Assembly (NCBI RefSeq): GCF_001194135.2
Contig: NC_068982.1
Coordinates: 165,937,878 to 165,986,389, forward strand
Reading direction: 5' to 3'
Length of the DNA: 48,512 nt
Source of the DNA: Octopus bimaculoides
Taxonomy: Eukaryota
Below, piece after piece: positions 10,116-22,760 of the stretch. The first letter of the stretch is position 1. The number at the start of each line of letters is the position of its first letter. Below the pieces are notes generated by a model. That model made no database searches. It saw nothing but the letters and a program-made list of their open reading frames with translations, and was not told where the DNA came from. The position numbers and the translations under genes were made by a program.

Positions 10116-11019
10116 TATTCTCATCGCTATTATCAATATTTCCCTTACCTATCATTGATTTTTGTCAGGTTTACATATGTCTCACTAGCTTCTGTACCAA
10201 AGTATGCTGATTCTTTTACAACTCCATTATAATAAGAGACAATCATGGGTCCTCCACGTACCATTAGTCAGAGGTCTCCGAGATTTCTACATAAAATACG
10301 CCGCTAATCAAATCATGTCCTATATCATTTGAATTCGTTGTCTAAACCATCAACATCAATTATTTGGGGTGAGGGATTCGGTAGAGATTTTAAGCCCGTT
10401 CACTTCATTTATTTCACCATACACTTTCGCAAAGGTATGAAAGTCACACAATCATTCATTTTCTGAATTTTATAAGTTCAGAAAGCGTTTCTGTAAAACT
10501 TATTGTGCATTATGTTTATATAACATCGACAACTGGCGAAGAAAATCCGATTTAAAAATAATACTACAACACAAGAATTTCAAAATGTCCTCAAATATTT
10601 ACCAATATGCTGTAAAATTCAGTAACTTTCCATTAAGACTGTTTCAATAATATACTTTCTTATACTTTCTTATACTTCTATTTGTAGGTTGGTGTATTTT
10701 CTTTTTCTTTCTATCTTGAAAGTTGGTACTTTGAAATAAGAATTTTGTCTTAAGCCATTCTCTGTATTCTGGTAGAAAACAATAGGAAAAATAAATTTTC
10801 ACTTTGATGGGCAAAAAAACAATACAAACACCAAGAAAAACAAGAATATACATACATGCATACATACAGACACATACATAAGTAGAAATATCCATATAGT
10901 TTCTCTGTTTGATGTGTTGAGCGTTATAAATTCATGCATACGCAATACATCCAAAGATAAATCTACACACACACACACACATATATGTATATTAGGGTGA
11001 GAGATATTTATATATCCAC

Positions 11020-11058
<39 letters not shown>

Positions 11059-11672
11059 NNNNNNNNNNNNNNNNNNNNNNNNNNNNNNNNNNNNNNNNNN
11101 NNNNNNNNNNNNNNNNNNNNNNNNNNNNNNNNNNNNNNNNNNNNNNNNNNNNNNNNNNNNNNNNNNNNNNNNNNNNNNNNNNNNNNNNNNNNNNNNNNNN
11201 NNNNNNNNNNNNNNNNNNNNNNNNNNNNNNNNNNNNNNNNNNNNNNNNNNNNNNNNNNNNNNNNNNNNNNNNNNNNNNNNNNNNNNNNNNNNNNNNNNNN
11301 NNNNNNNNNNNNNNNNNNNNNNNNNNNNNNNNNNNNNNNNNNNNNNNNNNNNNNNNNNNNNNNNNNNNNNNNNNNNNNNNNNNNNNNNNNNNNNNNNNNN
11401 NNNNNNNNNNNNNNNNNNNNNNNNNNNNNNNNNNNNNNNNNNNNNNNNNNNNNNNNNNNNNNNNNNNNNNNNNNNNNNNNNNNNNNNNNNNNNNNNNNNN
11501 NNNNNNNNNNNNNNNNNNNNNNNNNNNNNNNNNNNNNNNNNNNNNNNNNNNNNNNNNNNNNNNNNNNNNNNNNNNNNNNNNNNNNNNNNNNNNNNNNNNN
11601 NNNNNNNNNNNNNNNNNNNNNNNNNNNNNNNNNNNNNNNNNNNNNNNNNNNNNNNNNNNNNNNNNNNNNNNN
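11059..11672. other. Assembly gap (N-run) between (TA)n and (TG)n
   Basis: N characters. Similar gaps at 12739-13394, 14937-15072, 15585-15594, 28277-28456, 39625-39634, 42739-42800, ~46205-46626 and ~6276-6285. Confidence 0.99.
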
Positions 11673-11736
<64 letters not shown>

Positions 11737-14700
11737 CATATATATATGCACACACGTACATGCTTATAAACAAATTCATTGTCTGAGTCTTGTTTCAAAT
11801 TAATGTAAGTTATATATCACGTTTATTTAAATCAATGACTGTTTCCTGATTGATATAACATTCTTGGGGACTTCGATGAAACATGTTTTAATCTAATTTA
11901 ATTGTAAGTTAGTTAATTTAAACTAATTATTTGGTGGCGGTTATCTTAATGAAACATCTGTTGAGCGCGATTAAAGTATGAACTATACGTAAAATTTATG
12001 CTTTACTACTAAATATGTTATTCTTAAATTTCATTTATGCACGTACGTGCGAGTCGGTTCCCCTTGGATTTACTGCAATATATTAACGTGTAAGTATTTA
12101 ACGAATGTATTATTGCTTGAGCTTGTGATTTCCGTACATTTATTCTTTGAAGTTGATATGTCAATTCTCTATCTGGTTATGTGTGTGATTGTGTGAGTAA
12201 GTGTATATATGCGTGTGTATGCACTATAACACCTTTTAATCACATCAAGCCATTTTGCCCTTTCTGTTTACGTATTTCCAGTTAACCTCACTTTTTTGCT
12301 GCCTGTTTTAAGTTTTCCCTTCCGATACTTGTGCTAATCAAGCAACCTTTTTTTATTTCACTTCCTAAGGCTTAAGGAGTTAGTTTTTAAAATAAAATAT
12401 AGATGATAAAACCTATTCTTTACTTGAATATACATCGTGACAACTTTGCCTTAGAAACAAACCTACATATACATACGCAATTCAACATGTAGTAGAACTG
12501 TTAACATCGAGACGTATTATATTATCCTCAATAAAAGTAACAAGATAAATCTTTCTTTTATTTTTCTTCAGCGAGCTAACTTTCTGTTATAGATAGAATC
12601 CGTTTCCTAGAATTGAATTTTTTACCTTTGTATTTATATACTTTTCGTTGATGATATTTCTACTCTTGATAGATTTACGCTTTCTGAGCACGTGCCTATC
12701 ATGTGTACATATATATATATATTTTTGTATGTTTGTATNNNNNNNNNNNNNNNNNNNNNNNNNNNNNNNNNNNNNNNNNNNNNNNNNNNNNNNNNNNNNN
12801 NNNNNNNNNNNNNNNNNNNNNNNNNNNNNNNNNNNNNNNNNNNNNNNNNNNNNNNNNNNNNNNNNNNNNNNNNNNNNNNNNNNNNNNNNNNNNNNNNNNN
12901 NNNNNNNNNNNNNNNNNNNNNNNNNNNNNNNNNNNNNNNNNNNNNNNNNNNNNNNNNNNNNNNNNNNNNNNNNNNNNNNNNNNNNNNNNNNNNNNNNNNN
13001 NNNNNNNNNNNNNNNNNNNNNNNNNNNNNNNNNNNNNNNNNNNNNNNNNNNNNNNNNNNNNNNNNNNNNNNNNNNNNNNNNNNNNNNNNNNNNNNNNNNN
13101 NNNNNNNNNNNNNNNNNNNNNNNNNNNNNNNNNNNNNNNNNNNNNNNNNNNNNNNNNNNNNNNNNNNNNNNNNNNNNNNNNNNNNNNNNNNNNNNNNNNN
13201 NNNNNNNNNNNNNNNNNNNNNNNNNNNNNNNNNNNNNNNNNNNNNNNNNNNNNNNNNNNNNNNNNNNNNNNNNNNNNNNNNNNNNNNNNNNNNNNNNNNN
13301 NNNNNNNNNNNNNNNNNNNNNNNNNNNNNNNNNNNNNNNNNNNNNNNNNNNNNNNNNNNNNNNNNNNNNNNNNNNNNNNNNNNNNNNNNNNNNNATATAT
13401 ATATATATATAAGTGGAAAAGAGTGACTTGGGGATATAATTATTTCTTGAATCAGGTTATTTGATGTGGAAAAATTCACAGCTATCATAGTAAGTGAAAT
13501 CAAGTATTTAACTTAGAGTGGCTTAGTGAGGCATTAAATTCGGGAATTTCATATAAAACAACTTAATGGTTGTAGGTCCACTAACTCTGTGATTTCCCTA
13601 GTTGACCATAAAATGTGAAATCAGTGTTCTAAATACCTGTAAAACAAATAGAGCTGAATAACAATCTTAGTATTTTTATGATTTGTACTCCCAGATTATT
13701 CATCTTTACAACATAGCATGACTCTTAAGATGGCTGATATCATAGAAACGCAGTGTCATTTGATCAGTTTTTAAAGATGCAGATTTCAAGTATCTCAATC
13801 TTTACTTCCTTAAGGAAGGAAAGTGTTCTGTGCGCATTCATGCTGAATACCTGGCGTGGAATCACCCGCAGAACAGTAAAGTGACACTGAGATCCAATGT
13901 ACAGCCTTTGCAATTTATGATAGAGAACAACAATTTCACTGATGCACTCATGAGGTCTGATACGAGAGTTCAACCACGGACAAGCAAACTTGATCTGCCT
14001 CAAAACGGCATAGAGTGAGAAGAGGTTTTACTGCTATTTCTTCCTGACTAAAAGATCATATAAACCCTCCATCCTAGACACGTTAGAAAGAATTTTGTTC
14101 GCGTACACCTAAATGGATAGATAATTAGTGCACCTTTATGCCAATATGTTAACTCTCGGCATAGCTCAGGAGATATCCAGAAAGGAGTCTTCCTTCAGCA
14201 TGCGAATCTGTGCTTTTGCTATACACTTAAACATCCTCGACCCATGACCGTATCCAAAGAAAGGCCAGTGAACTGACATGAAGTCTCACCTACGCTGTCC
14301 ACCACCAGACTCACAATGGAACTCTCTCCACTCTCTGATTGTTCTGTCGATACTATATTGGCAGAGAGGTGGATAGTTTCGTATAACCCCCACATTGATC
14401 ATCCAAACCGAACGATAAGGTTTTTTCTTTTAAAATTTAAAATTAACTACTTGGAAGAAACATGGAGAAATATGGAGAAATAAATGAGCGAAAATGAAAG
14501 GATAGTGATAGGGAAGTTTCATTCTTATTAGACTTTCTCGATGAGCATATTTTCTCAGCAATACCAAGAGTGATAAATGCAAAGAGAGAAACAGAGGGAA
14601 TGCAATGACGCTGATTATCAGTTGCAATATATGGATGTCATAAGTACCTCAGCGGCCGTTCTGCTTACACGGAGCACATGTAATGCAGTGAATTGAAAAA

Positions 14701-14896
14701 TTCTGATCAGCTGAAAATATCCAGTCAATTAGTAGACAGAAATTCACTTTACGCAAAATTTGGTTTCATACTAATATGATGCTGGCTTTACTGTATATCT
14801 TATATGATTGAGTCTCCATAACAGATTGGGTATATTTCAGTAGAAATGCATAAAATCCTAAGGAGGTTATCTGTCCATGCAGCATTTGAGAGTAAA

Positions 14897-14936
<40 letters not shown>

Positions 14937-15072
14937 NNNNNNNNNNNNNNNNNNNNNNNNNNNNNNNNNNNNNNNNNNNNNNNNNNNNNNNNNNNNNNNN
15001 NNNNNNNNNNNNNNNNNNNNNNNNNNNNNNNNNNNNNNNNNNNNNNNNNNNNNNNNNNNNNNNNNNNNNNNN

Positions 15073-15118
<46 letters not shown>

Positions 15119-15506
15119 CTTACATGGAATTACTATATATGCATGATGTCTGTATATATAGGAAAGGACAATACTGGAGGAGCAAGTTTTAACAAATGTG
15201 ATATTAACTTAACGCTTTAAGGGACAGAGAAAACTATGAAGGTAGTTGTTCATCAAAAGAAAGGGAGAGAAGCGGGGAAGAACTCGGAGAAGGATGAAGT
15301 CATTGATAGGGGTAAAAATGGTGAAACGGTTAGAAACTATGTGGGAATGCTGTTCTTTGGTAGGAGAGAGGGAGAAATGAGGAAGGAGCGTATATGTATA
15401 TGCAAGTATAACCGAGTCTGAAGTGTCTGATGCGTTTTAGTGTAGTCCTTATATATGTAGAAGTGTGGGAATATAGTAGCATGGAATGATAGAGGTGTGG
15501 TATGTT

Positions 15507-15531
15507 TGTGTGTGTGTGTGTGTGTGTGTGT

Positions 15532-15584
<53 letters not shown>

Positions 15585-15594
15585 NNNNNNNNNN

Positions 15595-15642
<48 letters not shown>

Positions 15643-16365
15643 CATACATACGCACACATACATGCATACATATACCGTTTTGTCGCGCTCCTTAAGTCTT
15701 CTTTTTCACTTTTTCGATGAAGGGTGGGAGAAATGAAAGTGAGCAAATGACCGAAAGGAATTCACTAGGGCATTTCTTCTGATCCTCTAGCACTCCACCA
15801 ATCAGTTGTCCTAAGAGAAAGATAACACAAGCAAGATTTGAACCGAGACAATTACCACACGAATTTCTATTCGACTCTGACGTCCCTACCAATTCGAGGC
15901 CACGTCGTGAGCGCGCGCCTGTGTGTATGTGTGTGTGTGTGTGTATGTATGTATGTGTATGTATGTGTGTGTGTCTGTGTGTGTATGTGTGTTTGTCTGT
16001 GTGTGTATGTGTGTGTTGTATACGAATATATGACCGTATATTTATGATTTTAAGTTTGTCTGTTCTTTGTATAAGCATTTATGTCTCACTCAGAGATTTT
16101 TATATGCAGTGTTTAAATTATAATTCTATTACAGCTGTAAATATCTTACCAGACACTAAATACACTGTCTTGCTGAATTTTCTTTCTGTTATGCTTTACA
16201 TTACTTTTATGGCGAAGAAAATTAAAGATAAATCCTATCTTCATCAGCCTACGTAGTAACACATATACGCATTGTTTGTGTATGTGTCTTTGTATATGTA
16301 TGTATGTATGTATGCGCGTGTGTGTGTGTGTGTGTGCGTGTGTGTGCGTGTGTGTGCGTGTGTGT
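15507..16365. repeat. Cluster of (TG)n, (CA)n, (TA)n and (TATG)n microsatellites
   Basis: Directly visible tracts at ~15507-15670, 15920-16015 and 16290-16365. Confidence 0.95.
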
Positions 16366-16745
16366 ATGTTTATGATTTATTGTCAAATACAAAAGTCAGT
16401 ACCATTTTTATGTAGTGTTTGGCTTCCTTAAATCCTAATGCCATCAAGCATTCGCAAAATACTTCGCCAATCTTTAAAACATCATACAAAATAGAATCTT
16501 GGAAGCAAGACAATACCTTATAAGTTCTTAGATAAGAGAATTTATTTAAAATCAAAACAGAAAGCAGATACATAAAGAAAATTACGAAAAATCGTTTATA
16601 TAGTGGTGTTTCTTATATATTTCCCAAAATATTTAACTGGAGTTTTATACGTTTATGGAAAGCATTATCATGTAAGATGCAAAATCACGGTATTTTCGGT
16701 TTTGGTTCTTGTTTCCCGCTCTTAAAATTCACTTGCACAACAAAC

Positions 16746-16807
<62 letters not shown>

Positions 16808-17022
16808 CGTGCGTGACGTTTTAGTTTGGGTGCTGAATAAGCATTCGAAATTTTAGGGGTGTGCATGTTGTCATGTTGTCACTGATATTAAGTCATTTAA
16901 CTAACTATGCTGCGCTGCTCTTCATTTGACGTTAGCAGTACAGTATAGAGCGGTAAAAAAAAAAGAAATTGTCGAATGTTTAATTACATAGAGACGCCAT
17001 CCATATGAAACAATAGTTTAAT

Positions 17023-17137
17023 TACATTATTTACTTTATTTACATTTGACGGATATTTGTCCTCATCTTCTATGTTGTTAACAACAAAGAAGACGAGGAC
17101 AAATATCCGTCAAATATAAATAATGTAAATAATGTAC
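17023..17137. repeat. Near-perfect spacerless palindrome, ~57-bp arms
   Basis: Symmetry axis 17079/17080 (GTTGTT|AACAAC). TTTACATTTGACGGATATTTGTCCTCATCTTCTATGTTGTT pairs with AACAACAAAGAAGACGAGGACAAATATCCGTCAAATATAAA with 3 mismatches. Confidence 0.93.
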
Positions 17138-17814
17138 ATAATTCCTCATCTCTAAAATATAGAACTGGAATAATTTAATTACTTTTAACATATTTAATGT
17201 AATAAGCTTTAATAAGCTAACGAAAAATAATCATAAGGTGAATAAAACTCGGTGTCATCAATGACTAATATTTTAACTATTTCGTCAAATACGGTAGACT
17301 GCCCCCGACATACACTTCGGAGATTTCCACGCACTTTCTATTGATAAGAGAATCTTCAAGTGAATGTTCAACGATGACCATGTTTAAAAAAAGCACAAGC
17401 AATAATTGTATTTTAGAATAATAAATTATTCATTTTCCAAAATTACTTTTTGCCAAAATAATTAAAATAGATTGAAGTTAATAATAAAATGTAAATGTAT
17501 AAAATGATAATTATAATGATGGTATCTAATTTAGCACAAAGCAAATTTGAGGAGAGGGGTTTGTTGATACCATTGACTAATGTTCGATTTCTTTTTTTTT
17601 TTCATGACATATCTATTTCTACTTCAGTTTTTAATGCTCATTGTATTAAATATTTTAGAGCAAACTTTGCACATATTTTAAGTTTGCTATATCGAGTCAA
17701 TGCCCTCGGGTATGCCTTCAGAAGATAATGTGAATCTGCTCCAGTGATTTTTTTTCTTGAATCCCTACATTAAAAAAAAATGAAGCTGCAGTGCTTTTCT
17801 AGCAATCCAACAGT

Positions 17815-17882
17815 GTTAATGGATTAACTCCCTCCCGCCAAATGTTTCAAACCTTGTGTCTAAAGTAGAAAGGATTACATAA
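17815..17882 (+). mobile_element. SINE family B tail fragment
   Basis: GATTAACTCCCTCCCGCCAAATGTTTCAAACCTTGTGTCTAAAGTAGAAAGGATTA resembles the tails at 9455-9505 and 9620-9665. Confidence 0.5.
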
Positions 17883-18179
17883 CATTTTAAACTTAAATTT
17901 TCCATGTTTATGTTTAACAACAAAAGTTGAGAATCTGGGATTTCATAATTTTAAATTAGTTACGGAAAAAGTGATGTGGTATATATCAAAATACATCATC
18001 TCAAATAACAACTATTTCTGTGTTGTAATATGTGATTATATCTTTTAGCTTTTTTTTTACTTTATATTATTTGTTATCAATTAAATTGTAGTGGCCATAA
18101 ATACCTCATGAACAGTTTACTCATCCTAACAACTAATATTGAAATTACTGGGGGGTTTTTTCACCACTTGAAACCTTTT

Positions 18180-18500
18180 CTGATATGTAACATTTGGTGA
18201 ATGAGGAGGTTTGATGTTGCTGTCCTCATCTGCGTCTCTTGCTGCGAGTTAGATTCACCCGGAACCATTGACAGGAGAAGATCCAGTTTTGTTTCGAAGA
18301 CGCCTACATTCACTCCATATACGTTTCACTGACTTTTTTAGAGGATATTTAAGAACTCTGGGCCCTTAAAACACAAGCTGTTGGCAGTGTTGGGATTTTT
18401 GGTATTATGCAGTGGCACCCCGTTCTGCTGTTTCTATAACTTTCAATTTTTGGAATTATTATATCTTCGTCATGAATTAACATGAAGTTTCGATTAAGTG
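18180..18500 (-). mobile_element. CR1/L2-type LINE ORF2 C-terminal remnant (same family as 1-295 and 36990-38522)
   Basis: Minus translation IESYRNSRTGCHCIIPKIPTLP..FKGPEFLNIL*..YGVNVGVFETKLDLLLSMVPGESNSQQETQMRTATSNLLIHQM aligns with the other two copies. Confidence 0.82.
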
Positions 18501-18645
18501 ACATGCTGTTATAAGAAATTGATTCCCTACCCTCACACATTAATTAGCAGAAGATTTATTGACATTACATTTAATTATAGTATATATAAAATGACTGAAC
18601 ATGTGAGATTATAGCTCATGCACTGAGAGTTCATACCTCTTTCAT

Positions 18646-19511
18646 TGTAGGGGTACCGAAAAAGAAATCGTAATTTTGAAATGTTATTTTATTTATTGAG
18701 TATTACATGATTACACTTTATCGACGTCAAAGTATTCTCCATTTGAAGTAATGCATCGGTCCAGATGCGTTTTTCACTATTCGAGACGGCGATGGAACTT
18801 TTAATGCCCTCGTCACTTTTTCTTCACATCTTCCACATCTACAAATTCCGTAGCACCAGCTTTCGTCACCAGTGATGACCTTCGAAAAACTGTTCGGATC
18901 AACTTCCAACTGTTTTTTCAGTTCACGATGTGCATTCAGTCGTAACTGCTTTTGATCTTCCGTGAGCAAGCGAGGCACAAATTTTGCTTTAACTTTTTTT
19001 ATTCGCATTTCCTCGCTCAATATTCGTTGGCATGGGCTCCAGAACACACCAATCATATCAACAAATTCGTCAATTGTTCGATGCCGGTCCTCTAAAATCA
19101 GTTCATGAATTTTCGTGGTGTTCTCATTCGTTCGTGAAGTCGACGGTCGCCCTGAACAAGACTGGTCTTCAAGCGACAAGTCACCATTTCTAAAGCGTGT
19201 AAACCACTCGTAAATTTGTTTTTCACTCATGGCAGCATCCTTGTAAGCTGTTTGAAGCAAGACAACTGTTTCGGTCCCCGTTGTCCCCAACAGAAAACAA
19301 TATTTCACGGAAGCACGCTGTTTCTTCGCTTCAGCCATCGCAAGCATCGATGGACAAGGGAGAAGCACTGCAAAACAAAGATGCACCACGTGGCCGTACG
19401 ACCCCACTGGACAATGCCGGTCGGCAGATTGATGCCTGAGTGTCTTATCAAGTGGCTTCTAGTGGTTTGTCCCACAGAGAACGTTTCCGGTTAATTTTGG
19501 GTACCCACTTG
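18646..19511 (-). mobile_element. Internally deleted mariner (Tc1/mariner, DD34D type) element
   Basis: ORF 18727-19407: QRASVKYCFLLG..WFTRFRNGDLSLED..SGRPSTS..DRHRTIDE..FVPRLLT..ITGDESWCYG, then a jump to the C-terminal end. The catalytic middle is lost relative to 26895-28176. TIR-like ends GGGTACC(C/G)AAAA at 18651 and 19492-19511, with TA at 19512-19513. Confidence 0.93.
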
Positions 19512-20621
19512 TATCTTTTAGAACTACAACATTTTACATGTCTCAGTCCAGTATTCCTGAAGCGAATCCTATATTGTGCTGATTGGTAATCTATCCAAGG
19601 GATTATTTGTCAGCCTTGCCTTTAATGTTACTGTATTTTGGAATACGTACTAGCATTTTATGATATATAAATGGATATTTAAAGCTTTGTTCTGTATCTA
19701 TCAGCTGTTATATTAATATATTTGCATATTTGCATATTAATTTTCTTATTCAGACGTTACATAACAGTCAAGATAATAGGTGAACTATTTAAATAGGGCG
19801 TCGGCATTAGATTCGCTCCAGTGTTGTCACTATTCAAATAAATTTAAATTCAACAATGTAAAACTGATGGAGATGACTATAGATCCAAATGAAAACTTAG
19901 CATACTATTTGTGGCATGTATTGTATATTAGAATGCTCGAGTTTCTGAGCGTAACGTGAATCCATTAAAGCAAAGTCAATATAGTAGTAATTACGGTATC
20001 AAAAAATAAAAGGAATTCAGAGAAATGTTTTATTGAAAATAAAATAAATAAATAAAACAGATCAAATAACGCCCGCATTTCAGGCCAGTATGAATGCATC
20101 TCATCAATATCTGACATAATTAAAGGTTTAAACATGTGTTTAACATCAAAACAGGCATTAAGTTAACACGCTTTAAACATTACTGTCATTTAATCAATAT
20201 GAACTATTAGGATTTCACATTGCCAAAATTTCAAACCACGTTTATTGAAACGTATTTTATTGAAAGGAATAAATTATTACAGCAGACTCAGTTCAATCCA
20301 TGTAAGATCATAGCAGATCATGTATTTTCCATTAACTAACAAATATTAATATTTGAGTAGCGATCATTGTAGAGAAGTGTTGAGGATCCTGTGACAGAGG
20401 AATAGGCATATCAAAATACGCTTCCCATGAGTAAAACTAAAAGACATCTCTATAACATTGCGCATTATGACCTTTTATTCTTACGTATTCTTTTCCATAT
20501 TCTATATTTCTCAAATTAATTCTCAAAGGATTTTTCAAATAGAATTACTCTGCATCCGAAGAAGGTTGCTACCCAATTATAACATCGCTAGAATCTTATC
20601 GATATCAACATTTTTCATCGT

Positions 20622-20623
<2 letters not shown>

Positions 20624-20681
<58 letters not shown>
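20624..20681. repeat. (CT)n microsatellite
   Basis: Directly visible. Confidence 0.98.
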
Positions 20682-20686
<5 letters not shown>

Positions 20687-20961
20687 TACTACTATGGTGT
20701 AATAGGTATTATGATGTATAATGTATCTAAATCTCTAAATACCTACCTACTTGTTCATTGCGAATTTACATTGTTAAATTATTGTTTATAGCACTTTAAT
20801 GCTGGCCAAAGCCAATCGAAATGATTTGGTTCGATAATAGAATTATTGGGGATTTTGCTTCGAAACTGGGTCATTTCTTCTCGACATATCATAAAATTAC
20901 TTGAAATTAATTGCATGAATCCACCCTGGTAATATAACGACACTTTATTCTAATTCTACAG

Positions 20962-21038
20962 TGTTTCTTCCACTGGAAACAAAACCTACTCATGGCAACT
21001 ATTTGTATATAGGTACAGGAGATGAAGACAGCGTGAGA
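20962..21038 (+). CDS. Candidate internal coding exon of an unidentified host gene: (x)FLPLETKPTHGNYLYIGTGDEDSVR
   Basis: Acceptor CTTTATTCTAATTCTACAG at 20943-20961, consensus donor AGA|GTAAGT at 21039, 77 nt, exactly one open frame (phase 1 to phase 0). No partner exons or homologue identified. Confidence 0.35.
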
Positions 21039-21142
21039 GTAAGTAACATGACGATACTTAGTTGTTTATTTCAAGGTCAACTCTAATAGAATAGCCCTAA
21101 TATCAAAAGTTTCCCCATATTTTTATTCGAATTGTATATATC

Positions 21143-21420
21143 TGGCACACCATCATCGGTTACGACAACCAAGGTTCCAGTTGATCCGATCAACGGAACA
21201 GCCCGCACATGAAATTAACGTGCAAGTAACAGAGCACTCCACAAACATACCAACTCTTAATGTAGTTCTCAGGGAGATTCAGCGTGACACAGAATGTAAC
21301 AAGGCTGGAGTAACGTGAAATGAAGTGTCTTGCTGAAGACACAACGCGACGCCGATTATTAAACTCATGATGTTAAGAACGTCAGCTGAATGCCCTAACC
21401 ACTAAGCCACATGCCTTCAC
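21143..21420 (-). mobile_element. tRNA-headed SINE, family D
   Basis: Reverse complement starts GTGAAGGCATGTGGCTTAGTGGTTAGGGCATT (box A), then GTGTCTTCAGCAAGACACTT, then core GTCACGCTGAATCTCCCTGAGAACTAC...TGCACGTTAATTTCA..GGCTGTTCCGTTGATCGGATCAACTGGAACC. Confidence 0.8.
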
Positions 21421-22094
21421 TATCCAAAGTGTAAATAGAACTATACTGCCTAATATGTGCTCTGTTATTTAGCAGGACACAGTGAGGTTATAGTCATATT
21501 TGAGTGCTAATTGTACACGTCGAGTGACTACATAGAGCAAGGTGAGGTGGACATGTACATATGTTTTTCCAGTATTTGTACGCAAATTTTTATCTGTAGG
21601 CTCGTACCTATTCTTAGAAAACACAATATCCTTAATTTTATAAATTCATTAGTATGCGCACAATCGCACAAAGAACTGTTAATTAAAATGATATAATTAA
21701 CTAAATAGCTATAATATTTTAAATACTGAAATATCAAATATATTTCAAACTATTATTTGAATTTAATAAGATTTATTAATTCACAGTGAAAGCCCACTTT
21801 TTGCGTTAATTTAAAATATCGAAATATTGTGTTCCATATTCTGGCATAGATTTGGTTTGTTCTGTTGTATTGATAATATACCACGCAGTGAGCTTTGTTT
21901 TCTGCTTTTATTTTCTTCTTAGCTGAGCTACCAACATTTGCAGCATTACTTCAAAATCCCTCATATTTGCAAGAAAGAAGTTACGTTCACCCAGACCAAA
22001 TAATTTCAAAATTAGAATCTTAGTGTGGCTAGTGGTATTGAGCAAATATGACCGTATTGTATCCTATTCTCTGACTTATCAATTTTAATCGCTA

Positions 22095-22196
22095 ATTCGG
22101 CACGAGAAATACGACCTCGAGTCGATCTGTTCGAGTAAAACCCTACAAGGCGGTCCTCCAGCACAGCCGCAGTCAAATGACTGAGACAAGAAAAAT
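22095..22196 (+). mobile_element. 3' tail of SINE family C
   Basis: GAGTCGATCTGTTCGAGTAAAACCCTACAAGGCGGTCCTCCAGCACAGCCGCAGTCAAATGACTGAGACAAG; the terminus is shared with the CR1-like LINE 3' end. Confidence 0.75.
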
Positions 22197-22344
22197 AATA
22201 TATATATATATTCGAAGGATGCGCATTTTTGTTTGTCCTGCCTACTGCGTGACAATAGGTGCTGGCTTCTATATATTTGCATGCAGTGTAATTGAGTGAA
22301 AGGCAGCAATAGCTCAAGATCTCAGCTAGACGCAGAAACAAAAT

Positions 22345-22550
22345 ATTTTTTCACTTTTGCTTATTTCAGTCCTTGGAGTGCGGCCATACTATAGCAGTGC
22401 CTTAAAATGTTTAATTGAGCAAATCGATTCCAGTACCTATTTATAAATCTGGTACTTATTCTCTCAGATCATTTGCCAAGCCGCTAAGTAATGAGGACAT
22501 AAAAAACCGTTACGGATTTTCAAACGGTGGTAGAGGAGAAACACAAAGAC

Positions 22551-22613
<63 letters not shown>

Positions 22614-22760
22614 ACGGACTTTCACACAGTTTTCGTGTACCAAATTCACTCGAAAGTTTGACCCTAGACTATAGTAGAAGACATTCGCACAAGGTACTGC
22701 ACAGAGGGACTGAATCTGAACCCACGTGTTGGTGACGTGAGCTTTTTAACAGCACAGTCA
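22345..22760 (-). mobile_element. SINE family C, near full length, with internal (TA)n
   Basis: Reverse complement has a head (GGGTTCAGATTCAGTCCC..GTACCTTGTGCGAATGTCTTCTACTATAG), internal (TA)n at 22552-22611, body CTTAGCGGCTTGGCAAA..GAGAATAAGTACC, and tail ATGGCCGCACTCCAAGGACTGAAATAAG. Confidence 0.8.

Noticed and set aside
10799-13503. The longest ORFs in the track (244-326 aa), and similar ones at 14846, 28109 and 46099
   Set aside because: They are made of X residues from N gaps plus flanking microsatellites.
13640-14400. GC-richer island with short ORFs (13764-14018)
   Set aside because: No convincing protein motif in any frame; probably an old unclassified repeat, but I could not support a call.
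21925-22025. Strong splice acceptor followed by ELPTFAALLQNPSYLQERSYVHPDQIISKLES*
   Set aside because: No good donor before the stops and no recognisable product.
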